From Nemertoderma westbladi (taxonomy: Eukaryota; Animalia; Xenacoelomorpha): a DNA stretch of 46,031 nt. The notes below the pieces were generated by a model. It had not been told where the DNA came from. It worked only from the letters and a program-made list of their open reading frames with translations, and did no database searches. How positions within the stretch are numbered: the stretch's first letter is position 1; each line of letters begins with the position of its first letter. Both the position numbers and the translations under genes were made by a program. This document shows positions 13,301-28,300 of the stretch, piece by piece. The stretch is taken from positions 1 through 46,031 of the forward strand of contig JAUCBJ010005547.1 in the NCBI GenBank assembly GCA_032718475.1, in the 5' to 3' direction.

Positions 13301-16300
13301 ACGATGTATTATTATTAATTCAGACTCACTCTCCTATCCCGTGAGGGTACACGATGTATTATTATTAATTCAGACTCACTCTCCTATCCCGTGAGGGTAC
13401 ACGATGTATTATTATTAATTCAGACTCACTCTCCTATCCCGTGAGGGTACACGATGTATTATTATTAATTCAGACTCACTCTCCTATCTCGTGAGGGTAC
13501 ACGATGTATTATTATTAATTCAGACTCACTCTCCTATCCCGTGAGGGTACACGATGTATTATTATTAATTCAGACTCACTCTCCTATCCCGTGAGGGTAC
13601 ACGATGTATTATTATTAATTCAGACTCACTCTCCTATCCCGTGAGGGCACACGATGTATTATTATTAATTCAGACTCACTCTCCTATCCCGTGAGGGTAC
13701 ACGATGTATTATTATTAATTCAGACTCACTCTCCTATCCCGTGAGGGTACACGATGTATTATTATTAATTCAGACTCACTCTCCTATCCCGTGAGGGTAC
13801 ACGATGTATTATTATTATTATTAATTCAGACTCACTCTCCTATCCCGTGAGGGTACACGATGTATTATTATTATTATTAATTCAGACTCACTCTCCTATC
13901 TCGTGAGGGTACACGATGTATTATTATTAATTCAGACTCACTCTCCTATCCCGTGAGGGTACACGATGTATTATTATTAATTCAGACTCACTCTCCTATC
14001 CCGTGAGGGTACACGATGTATTATTATTAATTCAGACTCACTCTCCTATCCCGTGAGGGTACACGATGTATTATTATTAATTCAGACTCACTCTCCTATC
14101 CCGTGAGGGTACACGATGTATTATTATTAATTCAGACTCACTCTCCTATCCCGTGAGGGCACACGATGTATTATTATTAATTCAGACTCACTCTCCTATC
14201 CCGTGAGGGTACACGATGTATTATTATTATTATTAATTCAGACTCACTCTCCTATCCCGTGAGGGTACACGATGTATTATTATTATTATTAATTCAGACT
14301 CACTCTCCTATCCCGTGAGGGTACACGATGTATTATTATTATTATTAATTCAGACTCACTCTCCTATCCCGTGAGGGTACACGATGTATTATTATTAATT
14401 CAGACTCACTCTCCTATCCCGTGAGGGCACACGATGTATTATTATTAATTCAGACTCACTCTCCTATCTCGTGAGGGTACACGATGTATTATTATTATTA
14501 TTAATTCAGACTCACTCTCCTATCCCGTGAGGGTACACGATGTATTATTATTATTATTAATTCAGACTCACTCTCCTATCCCGTGAGGGTACACGATGTT
14601 TATTATTATTATTAATTCAGACTCACTCTCCTATCCCGTGAGGGTACACGATGTATTATTATTATTATTAATTCAGACTCACTCTCCTATCCCGTGAGGG
14701 TACACGATGTATTATTATTATTATTAATTCAGACTCACTCTCCTATCCCGTGAGGGCACACGATGTATTATTATTAATTCAGACTCACTCTCCTATCCCG
14801 TGAGGGTACACGATGTATTATTATTATTATTAATTCAGACTCACTCTCCTATCCCGTGAGGGCACACGATGTATTATTATTAATTCAGACTCACTCTCCT
14901 ATCCCGTGAGGGTACACGATGTATTATTATTATTATTAATTCAGACTCACTCTCCTATCCCGTGAGGGTACACGATGTATTATTATTATTATTAATTCAG
15001 ACTCACTCTCCTATCTCGTGAGGGTACACGATGTATTATTATTAATTCAGACTCACTCTCCTATCCCGTGAGGGTACACGATGTATTATTATTATTATTA
15101 ATTCAGACTCACTCTCCTATCCCGTGAGGGTACACGATGTATTATTATTATTATTAATTCAGACTCACTCTCCTATCCCGTGAGGGTACACGATGTATTA
15201 TTATTAATTCAGACTCACTCTCCTATCTCGTGAGGGTACACGATGTATTATTATTAATTCAGACTCACTCTCCTATCCCGTGAGGGTACACGATGTATTA
15301 TTATTAATTCAGACTCACTCTCCTATCCCGTGAGGGTACACGATGTATTATTATTATTATTAATTCAGACTCACTCTCCTATCCCGTGAGGGCACACGAT
15401 GTATTATTATTAATTCAGACTCACTCTCCTATCCCGTGAGGGTACACGATGTATTATTATTAATTCAGACTCACTCTCCTATCTCGTGAGGGTACACGAT
15501 GTATTATTATTAATTCAGACTCACTCTCCTATCCCGTGAGGGCACACGATGTATTATTATTAATTCAGACTCACTCTCCTATCCCGTGAGGGTACACGAT
15601 GTATTATTATTATTATTAATTCAGACTCACTCTCCTATCCCGTGAGGGTACACGATGTATTATTATTAATTCAGACTCACTCTCCTATCCCGTGAGGGTA
15701 CACGATGTATTATTATTATTATTAATTCAGACTCACTCTCCTATCCCGTGAGGGTACACGATGTATTATTATTAATTCAGACTCACTCTCCTATCCCGTG
15801 AGGGTACACGATGTATTATTATTAATTCAGACTCACTCTCCTATCCCGTGAGGGCACACGATGTATTATTATTAATTCAGACTCACTCTCCTATCCCGTG
15901 AGGGTACACGATGTATTATTATTATTATTAATTCAGACTCACTCTCCTATCCCGTGAGGGCACACGATGTATTATTATTAATTCAGACTCACTCTCCTAT
16001 CCCGTGAGGGTACACGATGTATTATTATTATTATTAATTCAGACTCACTCTCCTATCTCGTGAGGGTACACGATGTATTATTATTAATTCAGACTCACTC
16101 TCCTATCCCGTGAGGGCACACGATGTATTATTATTAATTCAGACTCACTCTCCTATCCCGTGAGGGCACACGATGTATTATTATTAATTCAGACTCACTC
16201 TCCTATCCCGTGAGGGTACACGATGTATTATTATTATTATTAATTCAGACTCACTCTCCTATCCCGTGAGGGCACACGATGTATTATTATTATTATTAAT

Positions 16301-19300
16301 TCAGACTCACTCTCCTATCCCGTGAGGGTACACGATGTATTATTATTAATTCAGACTCACTCTCCTATCCCGTGAGGGTACACGATGTATTATTATTATT
16401 AATTCAGACTCACTCTCCTATCCCGTGAGGGCACACGATGTATTATTATTAATTCAGACTCACTCTCCTATCCCGTGAGGGTACACGATGTATTATTATT
16501 ATTATTAATTCAGACTCACTCTCCTATCCCGTGAGGGCACACGATGTATTATTATTAATTCAGACTCACTCTCCTATCCCGTGAGGGTACACGATGTATT
16601 ATTATTATTATTAATTCAGACTCACTCTCCTATCCCGTGAGGGTACACGATGTATTATTATTAATTCAGACTCACTCTCCTATCCCGTGAGGGTACACGA
16701 TGTATTATTATTATTATTAATTCAGACTCACTCTCCTATCCCGTGAGGGTACACGATGTATTATTATTAATTCAGACTCACTCTCCTATCCCGTGAGGGT
16801 ACACGATGTATTATTATTATTATTAATTCAGACTCACTCTCCTATCCCGTGAGGGTACACGATGTATTATTATTAATTCAGACTCACTCTCCTATCCCGT
16901 GAGGGTACACGATGTATTATTATTAATTCAGACTCACTCTCCTATCTCGTGAGGGTACACGATGTATTATTATTAATTCAGACTCACTCTCCTATCCCGT
17001 GAGGGTACACGATGTATTATTATTATTATTAATTCAGACTCACTCTCCTATCCCGTGAGGGTACACGATGTATTATTATTATTATTAATTCAGACTCACT
17101 CTCCTATCCCGTGAGGGTACACGATGTATTATTATTAATTCAGACTCACTCTCCTATCCCGTGAGGGCACACGATGTATTATTATTAATTCAGACTCACT
17201 CTCCTATCCCGTGAGGGTACACGATGTATTATTATTATTAATTCAGACTCACTCTCCTATCCCGTGAGGGTACACGATGTATTATTATTATTATTAATTC
17301 AGACTCACTCTCCTATCCCGTGAGGGTACACGATGTATTATTATTATTATTAATTCAGACTCACTCTCCTATCCCGTGAGGGTACACGATGTATTATTAT
17401 TATTATTAATTCAGACTCACTCTCCTATCCCGTGAGGGCACACGATGATATTATTATTAATTCAGACTCACTCTCCTATCCCGTGAGGGTACACGATGTA
17501 TTATTATTATTATTAATTCAGACTCACTCTCCTATCCCGTGAGGGTACACGATGTATTATTATTATTATTAATTCAGACTCACTCTCCTATCCCGTGAGG
17601 GTACACGATGTATTATTATTATTATTAATTCAGACTCACTCTCCTATCCCGTGAGGGTACACGATGTATTATTATTAATTCAGACTCACTCTCCTATCCC
17701 GTGAGGGTACACGATGTATTATTATTATTATTAATTCAGACTCACTCTCCTATCCCGTGAGGGTACACGATGTATTATTATTAATTCAGACTCACTCTCC
17801 TATCCCGTGAGGGTACACGATGTATTATTATTATTATTAATTCAGACTCACTCTCCTATCCCGTGAGGGTACACGATGTATTATTATTATTATTAATTCA
17901 GACTCACTCTCCTATCCCGTGAGGGTACACGATGTATTATTATTATTATTAATTCAGACTCACTCTCCTATCCCGTGAGGGTACACGATGTATTATTATT
18001 ATTATTAATTCAGACTCACTCTCCTATCCCGTGAGGGTACACGATGTATTATTATTATTATTAATTCAGACTCACTCTCCTATCCCGTGAGGGTACACGA
18101 TGTATTATTATTATTATTAATTCAGACTCACTCTCCTATCCCGTGAGGGTACACGATGTATTATTATTATTATTAATTCAGACTCACTCTCCTATCCCGT
18201 GAGGGTACACGATGTATTATTATTATTATTAATTCAGACTCACTCTCCTATCCCGTGAGGGTACACGATGTATTATTATTATTATTAATTCAGACTCACT
18301 CTCCTATCCCGTGAGGGTACACGATGTATTATTATTATTATTAATTCAGACTCACTCTCCTATCCCGTGAGGGTACACGATGTATTATTATTATTATTAA
18401 TTCAGACTCACTCTCCTATCCCGTGAGGGTACACGATGTATTATTATTATTATTAATTCAGACTCACTCTCCTATCCCGTGAGGGTACACGATGTATTAT
18501 TATTATTATTAATTCAGACTCACTCTCCTATCCCGTGAGGGTACACGATGTATTATTATTATTATTAATTCAGACTCACTCTCCTATCCCGTGAGGGTAC
18601 ACGATGTATTATTATTAATTCAGACTCACTCTCCTATCCCGTGAGGGTACACGATGTATTATTATTATTATTAATTCAGACTCACTCTCCTATCCCGTGA
18701 GGGTACACGATGTATTATTATTAATTCAGACTCACTCTCCTATCCCGTGAGGGTACACGATGTATTATTATTATTATTAATTCAGACTCACTCTCCTATC
18801 CCGTGAGGGTACACGATGTATTATTATTAATTCAGACTCACTCTCCTATCCCGTGAGGGTACACGATGTATTATTATTATTATTAATTCAGACTCACTCT
18901 CCTATCCCGTGAGGGTACACGATGTATTATTATTATTATTAATTCAGACTCACTCTCCTATCCCGTGAGGGTACACGATGTATTATTATTATTATTAATT
19001 CAGACTCACTCTCCTATCCCGTGAGGGTACACGATGTATTATTATTATTATTAATTCAGACTCACTCTCCTATCCCGTGAGGGTACACGATGTATTATTA
19101 TTATTATTAATTCAGACTCACTCTCCTATCCCGTGAGGGTACACGATGTATTATTATTATTATTAATTCAGACTCACTCTCCTATCCCGTGAGGGTACAC
19201 GATGTATTATTATTATTATTAATTCAGACTCACTCTCCTATCCCGTGAGGGTACACGATGTATTATTATTATTATTAATTCAGACTCACTCTCCTATCCC

Positions 19301-22300
19301 GTGAGGGTACACGATGTATTATTATTAATTCAGACTCACTCTCCTATCCCGTGAGGGTACACGATGTATTATTATTATTATTAATTCAGACTCACTCTCC
19401 TATCTCGTGAGGGTACACGATGTATTATTATTAATTCAGACTCACTCTCCTATCCCGTGAGGGTACACGATGTATTATTATTAATTCAGACTCACTCTCC
19501 TATCTCGTGAGGGTACACGATGTATTATTATTATTATTAATTCAGACTCACTCTCCTATCTCGTGAGGGTACACGATGTATTATTATTAATTCAGACTCA
19601 CTCTCCTATCCCGTGAGGGTACACGATGTATTATTATTAATTCAGACTCACTCTCCTATCTCGTGAGGGTACACGATGTATTATTATTATTATTAATTCA
19701 GACTCACTCTCCTATCCCGTGAGGGTACACGATGTATTATTATTAATTCAGACTCACTCTCCTATCCCGTGAGGGCACACGATGTATTATTATTAATTCA
19801 GACTCACTCTCCTATCTCGTGAGGGTACACGATGTTTATTATTATTATTAATTCAGACTCACTCTCCTATCCCGTGAGGGTACACGATGTATTATTATTA
19901 TTATTAATTCAGACTCACTCTCCTATCCCGTGAGGGTACACGATGTATTATTATTATTATTAATTCAGACTCACTCTCCTATCCCGTGAGGGTACACGAT
20001 GTATTATTATTATTATTAATTCAGACTCACTCTCCTATCCCGTGAGGGTACACGATGTATTATTATTAATTCAGACTCACTCTCCTATCCCGTGAGGGTA
20101 CACGATGTATTATTATTATTATTAATTCAGACTCACTCTCCTATCCCGTGAGGGTACACGATGTATTATTATTAATTCAGACTCACTCTCCTATCCCGTG
20201 AGGGTACACGATGTATTATTATTAATTCAGACTCACTCTCCTATCCCGTGAGGGTACACGATGTATTATTATTATTATTAATTCAGACTCACTCTCCTAT
20301 CCCGTGAGGGTACACGATGTATTATTATTAATTCAGACTCACTCTCCTATCCCGTGAGGGTACACGATGTATTATTATTATTATTAATTCAGACTCACTC
20401 TCCTATCCCGTGAGGGTACACGATGTATTATTATTAATTCAGACTCACTCTCCTATCCCGTGAGGGCACACGATGTATTATTATTAATTCAGACTCACTC
20501 TCCTATCCCGTGAGGGTACACGATGTATTATTATTAATTCAGACTCACTCTCCTATCCCGTGAGGGTACACGATGTATTATTATTATTATTAATTCAGAC
20601 TCACTCTCCTATCCCGTGAGGGTACACGATGTATTATTATTAATTCAGACTCACTCTCCTATCCCGTGAGGGTACACGATGTATTATTATTATTATTAAT
20701 TCAGACTCACTCTCCTATCCCGTGAGGGTACACGATGTATTATTATTATTATTAATTCAGACTCACTCTCCTATCCCGTGAGGGTACACGATGTATTATT
20801 ATTATTATTAATTCAGACTCACTCTCCTATCCCGTGAGGGTACACGATGTATTATTATTATTATTAATTCAGACTCACTCTCCTATCCCGTGAGGGTACA
20901 CGATGTATTATTATTAATTCAGACTCACTCTCCTATCCCGTGAGGGTACACGATGTATTATTATTATTATTAATTCAGACTCACTCTCCTATCCCGTGAG
21001 GGTACACGATGTATTATTATTATTATTAATTCAGACTCACTCTCCTATCCCGTGAGGGCACACGATGTATTATTATTAATTCAGACTCACTCTCCTATCT
21101 CGTGAGGGTACACGATGTATTATTATTAATTCAGACTCACTCTCCTATCTCGTGAGGGTACACGATGTATTATTATTATTATTAATTCAGACTCACTCTC
21201 CTATCCCGTGAGGGTACACGATGTATTATTATTAATTCAGACTCACTCTCCTATCCCGTGAGGGTACACGATGTATTATTATTATTATTAATTCAGACTC
21301 ACTCTCCTATCCCGTGAGGGTACACGATGTATTATTATTATTATTAATTCAGACTCACTCTCCTATCCCGTGAGGGTACACGATGTATTATTATTATTAT
21401 TAATTCAGACTCACTCTCCTATCCCGTGAGGGTACACGATGTATTATTATTATTAATTCAGACTCACTCTCCTATCCCGTGAGGGTACACGATGTATTAT
21501 TATTATTATTAATTCAGACTCACTCTCCTATCCCGTGAGGGTACACGATGTATTATTATTATTATTAATTCAGACTCACTCTCCTATCCCGTGAGGGTAC
21601 ACGATGTATTATTATTAATTCAGACTCACTCTCCTATCCCGTGAGGGCACACGATGTATTATTATTATTATTAATCAGACTCACTCTCCTATCCCGTGAG
21701 GGTACACGATGTATTATTATTAATTCAGACTCACTCTCCTATCCCGTGAGGGCACACGATGTATTATTATTAATTCAGACTCACTCTCCTATCTCGTGAG
21801 GGTACACGATGTATTATTATTATTATTAATTCAGACTCACTCTCCTATCCCGTGAGGGCACACGATGTATTATTATTATTATTAATTCAGACTCACTCTC
21901 CTATCCCGTGAGGGTACACGATGTATTATTATTAATTCAGACTCACTCTCCTATCCCGTGAGGGCACACGATGTATTATTATTAATTCAGACTCACTCTC
22001 CTATCTCGTGAGGGTACACGATGTATTATTATTAATTCAGACTCACTCTCCTATCTCGTGAGGGTACACGATGTATTATTATTAATTCAGACTCACTCTC
22101 CTATCTCGTGAGGGTACACGATGTATTATTATTAATTCAGACTCACTCTCCTATCTCGTGAGGGTACACGATGTATTATTATTAATTCAGACTCACTCTC
22201 CTATCCCGTGAGGGTACACGATGTATTATTATTAATTCAGACTCACTCTCCTATCTCGTGAGGGTACACGATGTATTATTATTAATTCAGACTCACTCTC

Positions 22301-25300
22301 CTATCCCGTGAGGGTACACGATGTATTATTATTAATTCAGACTCACTCTCCTATCTCGTGAGGGTACACGATGTATTATTATTAATTCAGACTCACTCTC
22401 CTATCTCGTGAGGGTACACGATGTATTATTATTAATTCAGACTCACTCTCCTATCCCGTGAGGGTACACGATGTATTATTATTAATTCAGACTCACTCTC
22501 CTATCCCGTGAGGGCACACGATGTATTATTATTAATTCAGACTCACTCTCCTATCCCGTGAGGGTACACGATGTATTATTATTATTATTAATTCAGACTC
22601 ACTCTCCTATCCCGTGAGGGTACACGATGTATTATTATTATTATTAATTCAGACTCACTCTCCTATCCCGTGAGGGTACACGATGTATTATTATTATTAT
22701 TAATTCAGACTCACTCTCCTATCCCGTGAGGGCACACGATGTATTATTATTAATTCAGACTCACTCTCCTATCCCGTGAGGGTACACGATGTATTATTAT
22801 TAATTCAGACTCACTCTCCTATCCCGTGAGGGTACACGATGTATTATTATTATTATTAATTCAGACTCACTCTCCTATCCCGTGAGGGTACACGATGTAT
22901 TATTATTATTATTAATTCAGACTCACTCTCCTATCCCGTGAGGGTACACGATGTATTATTATTATTATTAACTCAGACTCACTCTCCTATCCCGTGAGGG
23001 TACACGATGTATTATTATTATTATTAATTCAGACTCACTCTCCTATCTCGTGAGGGTACACGATGTATTATTATTAATTCAGACTCACTCTCCTATCCCG
23101 TGAGGGTACACGATGTATTATTATTAATTCAGACTCACTCTCCTATCCCGTGAGGGTACACGATGTATTATTATTATTAATTCAGACTCACTCTCCTATC
23201 CCGTGAGGGTACACGATGTATTATTATTATTATTAATTCAGACTCACTCTCCTATCCCGTGAGGGTACACGATGTATTATTATTATTATTAACTCAGACT
23301 CACTCTCCTATCCCGTGAGGGTACACGATGTATTATTATTATTATTAATTCAGACTCACTCTCCTATCCCGTGAGGGCACACGATGTATTATTATTATTA
23401 TTAATTCAGACTCACTCTCCTATCCCGTGAGGGTACACGATGTATTATTATTAATTCAGACTCACTCTCCTATCCCGTGAGGGTACACGATGTATTATTA
23501 TTAATTCAGACTCACTCTCCTATCCCGTGAGGGTACACGATGTATTATTATTATTATTAATTCAGACTCACTCTCCTATCCCGTGAGGGTACACGATGTA
23601 TTATTATTAATTCAGACTCACTCTCCTATCCCGTGAGGGTACACGATGTATTATTATTAATTCAGACTCACTCTCCTATCTCGTGAGGGTACACGATGTA
23701 TTATTATTAATTCAGACTCACTCTCCTATCCCGTGAGGGCACACGATGTATTATTATTAATTCAGACTCACTCTCCTATCCCGTGAGGGTACACGATGTA
23801 TTATTATTATTATTAATTCAGACTCACTCTCCTATCTCGTGAGGGTACACGATGTATTATTATTATTATTAATTCAGACTCACTCTCCTATCTCGTGAGG
23901 GTACACGATGTATTATTATTAATTCAGACTCACTCTCCTATCTCGTGAGGGTACACGATGTATTATTATTATTATTAATTCAGACTCACTCTCCTATCCC
24001 GTGAGGGTACACGATGTATTATTATTAATTCAGACTCACTCTCCTATCCCGTGAGGGTACACGATGTATTATTATTATTATTAATTCAGACTCACTCTCC
24101 TATCCCGTGAGGGTACACGATGTATTATTATTAATTCAGACTCACTCTCCTATCCCGTGAGGGTACACGATGTATTATTATTAATTCAGACTCACTCTCC
24201 TATCCCGTGAGGGTACACGATGTATTATTATTATTATTAATTCAGACTCACTCTCCTATCCCGTGAGGGCACACGATGTATTATTATTATTATTTAATTC
24301 AGACTCACTCTCCTATCCCGTGAGGGTACACGATGTATTATTATTAATTCAGACTCACTCTCCTATCCCGTGAGGGTACACGATGTATTATTATTATTAT
24401 TAATTCAGACTCACTCTCCTATCCCGTGAGGGTACACGATGTATTATTATTATTATTAATTCAGACTCACTCTCCTATCCCGTGAGGGTACACGATGTAT
24501 TATTATTATTATTAATTCAGACTCACTCTCCTATCCCGTGAGGGTACACGATGTATTATTATTAATTCAGACTCACTCTCCTATCCCGTGAGGGTACACG
24601 ATGTATTATTATTATTATTAATTCAGACTCACTCTCCTATCCCGTGAGGGTACACGATGTATTATTATTATTATTAATTCAGACTCACTCTCCTATCCCG
24701 TGAGGGTACACGATGTATTATTATTATTATTAATTCAGACTCACTCTCCTATCCCGTGAGGGTACACGATGTATTATTATTATTATTAACTCAGACTCAC
24801 TCTCCTATCCCGTGAGGGTACACGATGTATTATTATTATTATTAATTCAGACTCACTCTCCTATCTCGTGAGGGTACACGATGTATTATTATTAATTCAG
24901 ACTCACTCTCCTATCCCGTGAGGGTACACGATGTATTATTATTATTATTAATCAGACTCACTCTCCTATCCCGTGAGGGTACACGATGTATTATTATTAA
25001 TTCAGACTCACTCTCCTATCCCGTGAGGGTACACGATGTATTATTATTATTATTAATCCAGACTCACTCTCCTATCCCGTGAGGGTACACGATGTATTAT
25101 TATTAATTCAGACTCACTCTCCTATCCCGTGAGGGTACACGATGTATTATTATTATTATTAACTCAGACTCACTCTCCTATCCCGTGAGGGTACACGATG
25201 TATTATTATTATTATTAATTCAGACTCACTCTCCTATCTCGTGAGGGTACACGATGTATTATTATTAATTCAGACTCACTCTCCTATCCCGTGAGGGTAC

Positions 25301-28300
25301 ACGATGTATTATTATTATTATTAATTCAGACTCACTCTCCTATCCCGTGAGGGTACACGATGTATTATTATTAATTCAGACTCACTCTCCTATCCCGTGA
25401 GGGTACACGATGTATTATTATTAATTCAGACTCACTCTCCTATCCCGTGAGGGTACACGATGTATTATTATTAATTCAGACTCACTCTCCTATCCCGTGA
25501 GGGCACACGATGTATTATTATTAATTCAGACTCACTCTCCTATCCCGTGAGGGTACACGATGTATTATTATTAACTCAGACTCACTCTCCTATCTCGTGA
25601 GGGTACACGATGTATTATTATTAACTCAGACTCACTCTCCTATCCCGTGAGGGTACACGATGTATTATTATTATTATTAATCCAGACTCACTCTCCTATC
25701 CCGTGAGGGTACACGATGTATTATTATTATTATTAATTCAGACTCACTCTCCTATCCCGTGAGGGTACACGATGTATTATTATTATTATTAATCAGACTC
25801 ACTCTCCTATCCCGTGAGGGTACACGATGTATTATTATTAATTCAGACTCACTCTCCTATCCCGTGAGGGTACACGATGTATTATTATTAATTCAGACTC
25901 ACTCTCCTATCCCGTGAGGGTACACGATGTATTATTATTATTATTAATTCAGACTCACTCTCCTATCCCGTGAGGGTACACGATGTATTATTATTATTAT
26001 TAATTCAGACTCACTCTCCTATCCCGTGAGGGTACACGATGTATTATTATTATTATTAATCAGACTCACTCTCCTATCCCGTGAGGGTACACGATGTATT
26101 ATTATTATTATTAATTCAGACTCACTCTCCTATCCCGTGAGGGTACACGATGTATTATTATTATTATTAATTCAGACTCACTCTCCTATCCCGTGAGGGT
26201 ACACGATGTATTATTATTAATTCAGACTCACTCTCCTATCCCGTGAGGGTACACGATGTATTATTATTATTATTAATTCAGACTCACTCTCCTATCCCGT
26301 GAGGGTACACGATGTATTATTATTATTATTAATTCAGACTCACTCTCCTATCCCGTGAGGGTACACGATGTATTATTATTAATTCAGACTCACTCTCCTA
26401 TCCCGTGAGGGTACACGATGTATTATTATTAATTCAGACTCACTCTCCTATCTCGTGAGGGTACACGATGTATTATTATTATTATTAATTCAGACTCACT
26501 CTCCTATCCCGTGAGGGTACACGATGTATTATTATTATTATTAATTCAGACTCACTCTCCTATCCCGTGAGGGTACACGATGTATTATTATTAATTCAGA
26601 CTCACTCTCCTATCCCGTGAGGGTACACGATGTATTATTATTAATTCAGACTCACTCTCCTATCCCGTGAGGGTACACGATGTATTATTATTAATTCAGA
26701 CTCACTCTCCTATCTCGTGAGGGTACACGATGTATTATTATTATTATTAATTCAGACTCACTCTCCTATCCCGTGAGGGTACACGATGTATTATTATTAT
26801 TATTAACTCAGACTCACTCTCCTATCCCGTGAGGGTACACGATGTATTATTATTATTATTAATTCAGACTCACTCTCCTATCCCGTGAGGGTACACGATG
26901 TATTATTATTATTATTAATTCAGACTCACTCTCCTATCCCGTGAGGGTACACGATGTATTATTATTATTATTAACTCAGACTCACTCTCCTATCCCGTGA
27001 GGGTACACGATGTATTATTATTAATTCAGACTCACTCTCCTATCCCGTGAGGGTACACGATGTATTATTATTATTATTAATTCAGACTCACTCTCCTATC
27101 CCGTGAGGGTACACGATGTATTATTATTATTATTAATTCAGACTCACTCTCCTATCCCGTGAGGGTACACGATGTATTATTATTAATTCAGACTCACTCT
27201 CCTATCCCGTGAGGGTACACGATGTATTATTATTATTATTAACTCAGACTCACTCTCCTATCCCGTGAGGGCACACGATGTATTATTATTAATTCAGACT
27301 CACTCTCCTATCCCGTGAGGGCACACGATGTATTATTATTAATTCAGACTCACTCTCCTATCCCGTGAGGGTACACGATGTATTATTATTATTATTAATT
27401 CAGACTCACTCTCCTATCCCGTGAGGGTACACGATGTATTATTATTATTATTAATTCAGACTCACTCTCCTATCCCGTGAGGGTACACGATGTATTATTA
27501 TTAATTCAGACTCACTCTCCTATCTCGTGAGGGTACACGATGTATTATTATTAATTCAGACTCACTCTCCTATCCCGTGAGGGTACACGATGTATTATTA
27601 TTATTATTAATTCAGACTCACTCTCCTATCCCGTGAGGGTACACGATGTATTATTATTAATTCAGACTCACTCTCCTATCACGTGAGGGTACACGATGTA
27701 TTATTATTAATTCAGACTCACTCTCCTATCCCGTGAGGGTACACGATGTATTATTATTATTATTAATTCAGACTCACTCTCCTATCCCGTGAGGGTACAC
27801 GATGTATTATTATTAATTCAGACTCACTCTCCTATCTCGTGAGGGTACACGATGTATTATTATTAATTCAGACTCACTCTCCTATCCCGTGAGGGTACAC
27901 GATGTATTATTATTATTATTAATTCAGACTCACTCTCCTATCCCGTGAGGGTACACGATGTATTATTATTAATTCAGACTCACTCTCCTATCCCGTGAGG
28001 GTACACGATGTATTATTATTATTATTAATTCAGACTCACTCTCCTATCCCGTGAGGGTACACGATGTATTATTATTAATTCAGACTCACTCTCCTATCCC
28101 GTGAGGGTACACGATGTATTATTATTATTATTAATTCAGACTCACTCTCCTATCCCGTGAGGGTACACGATGTATTATTATTAATTCAGACTCACTCTCC
28201 TATCCCGTGAGGGTACACGATGTATTATTATTATTATTAATTCAGACTCACTCTCCTATCCCGTGAGGGTACACGATGTATTATTATTAATTCAGACTCA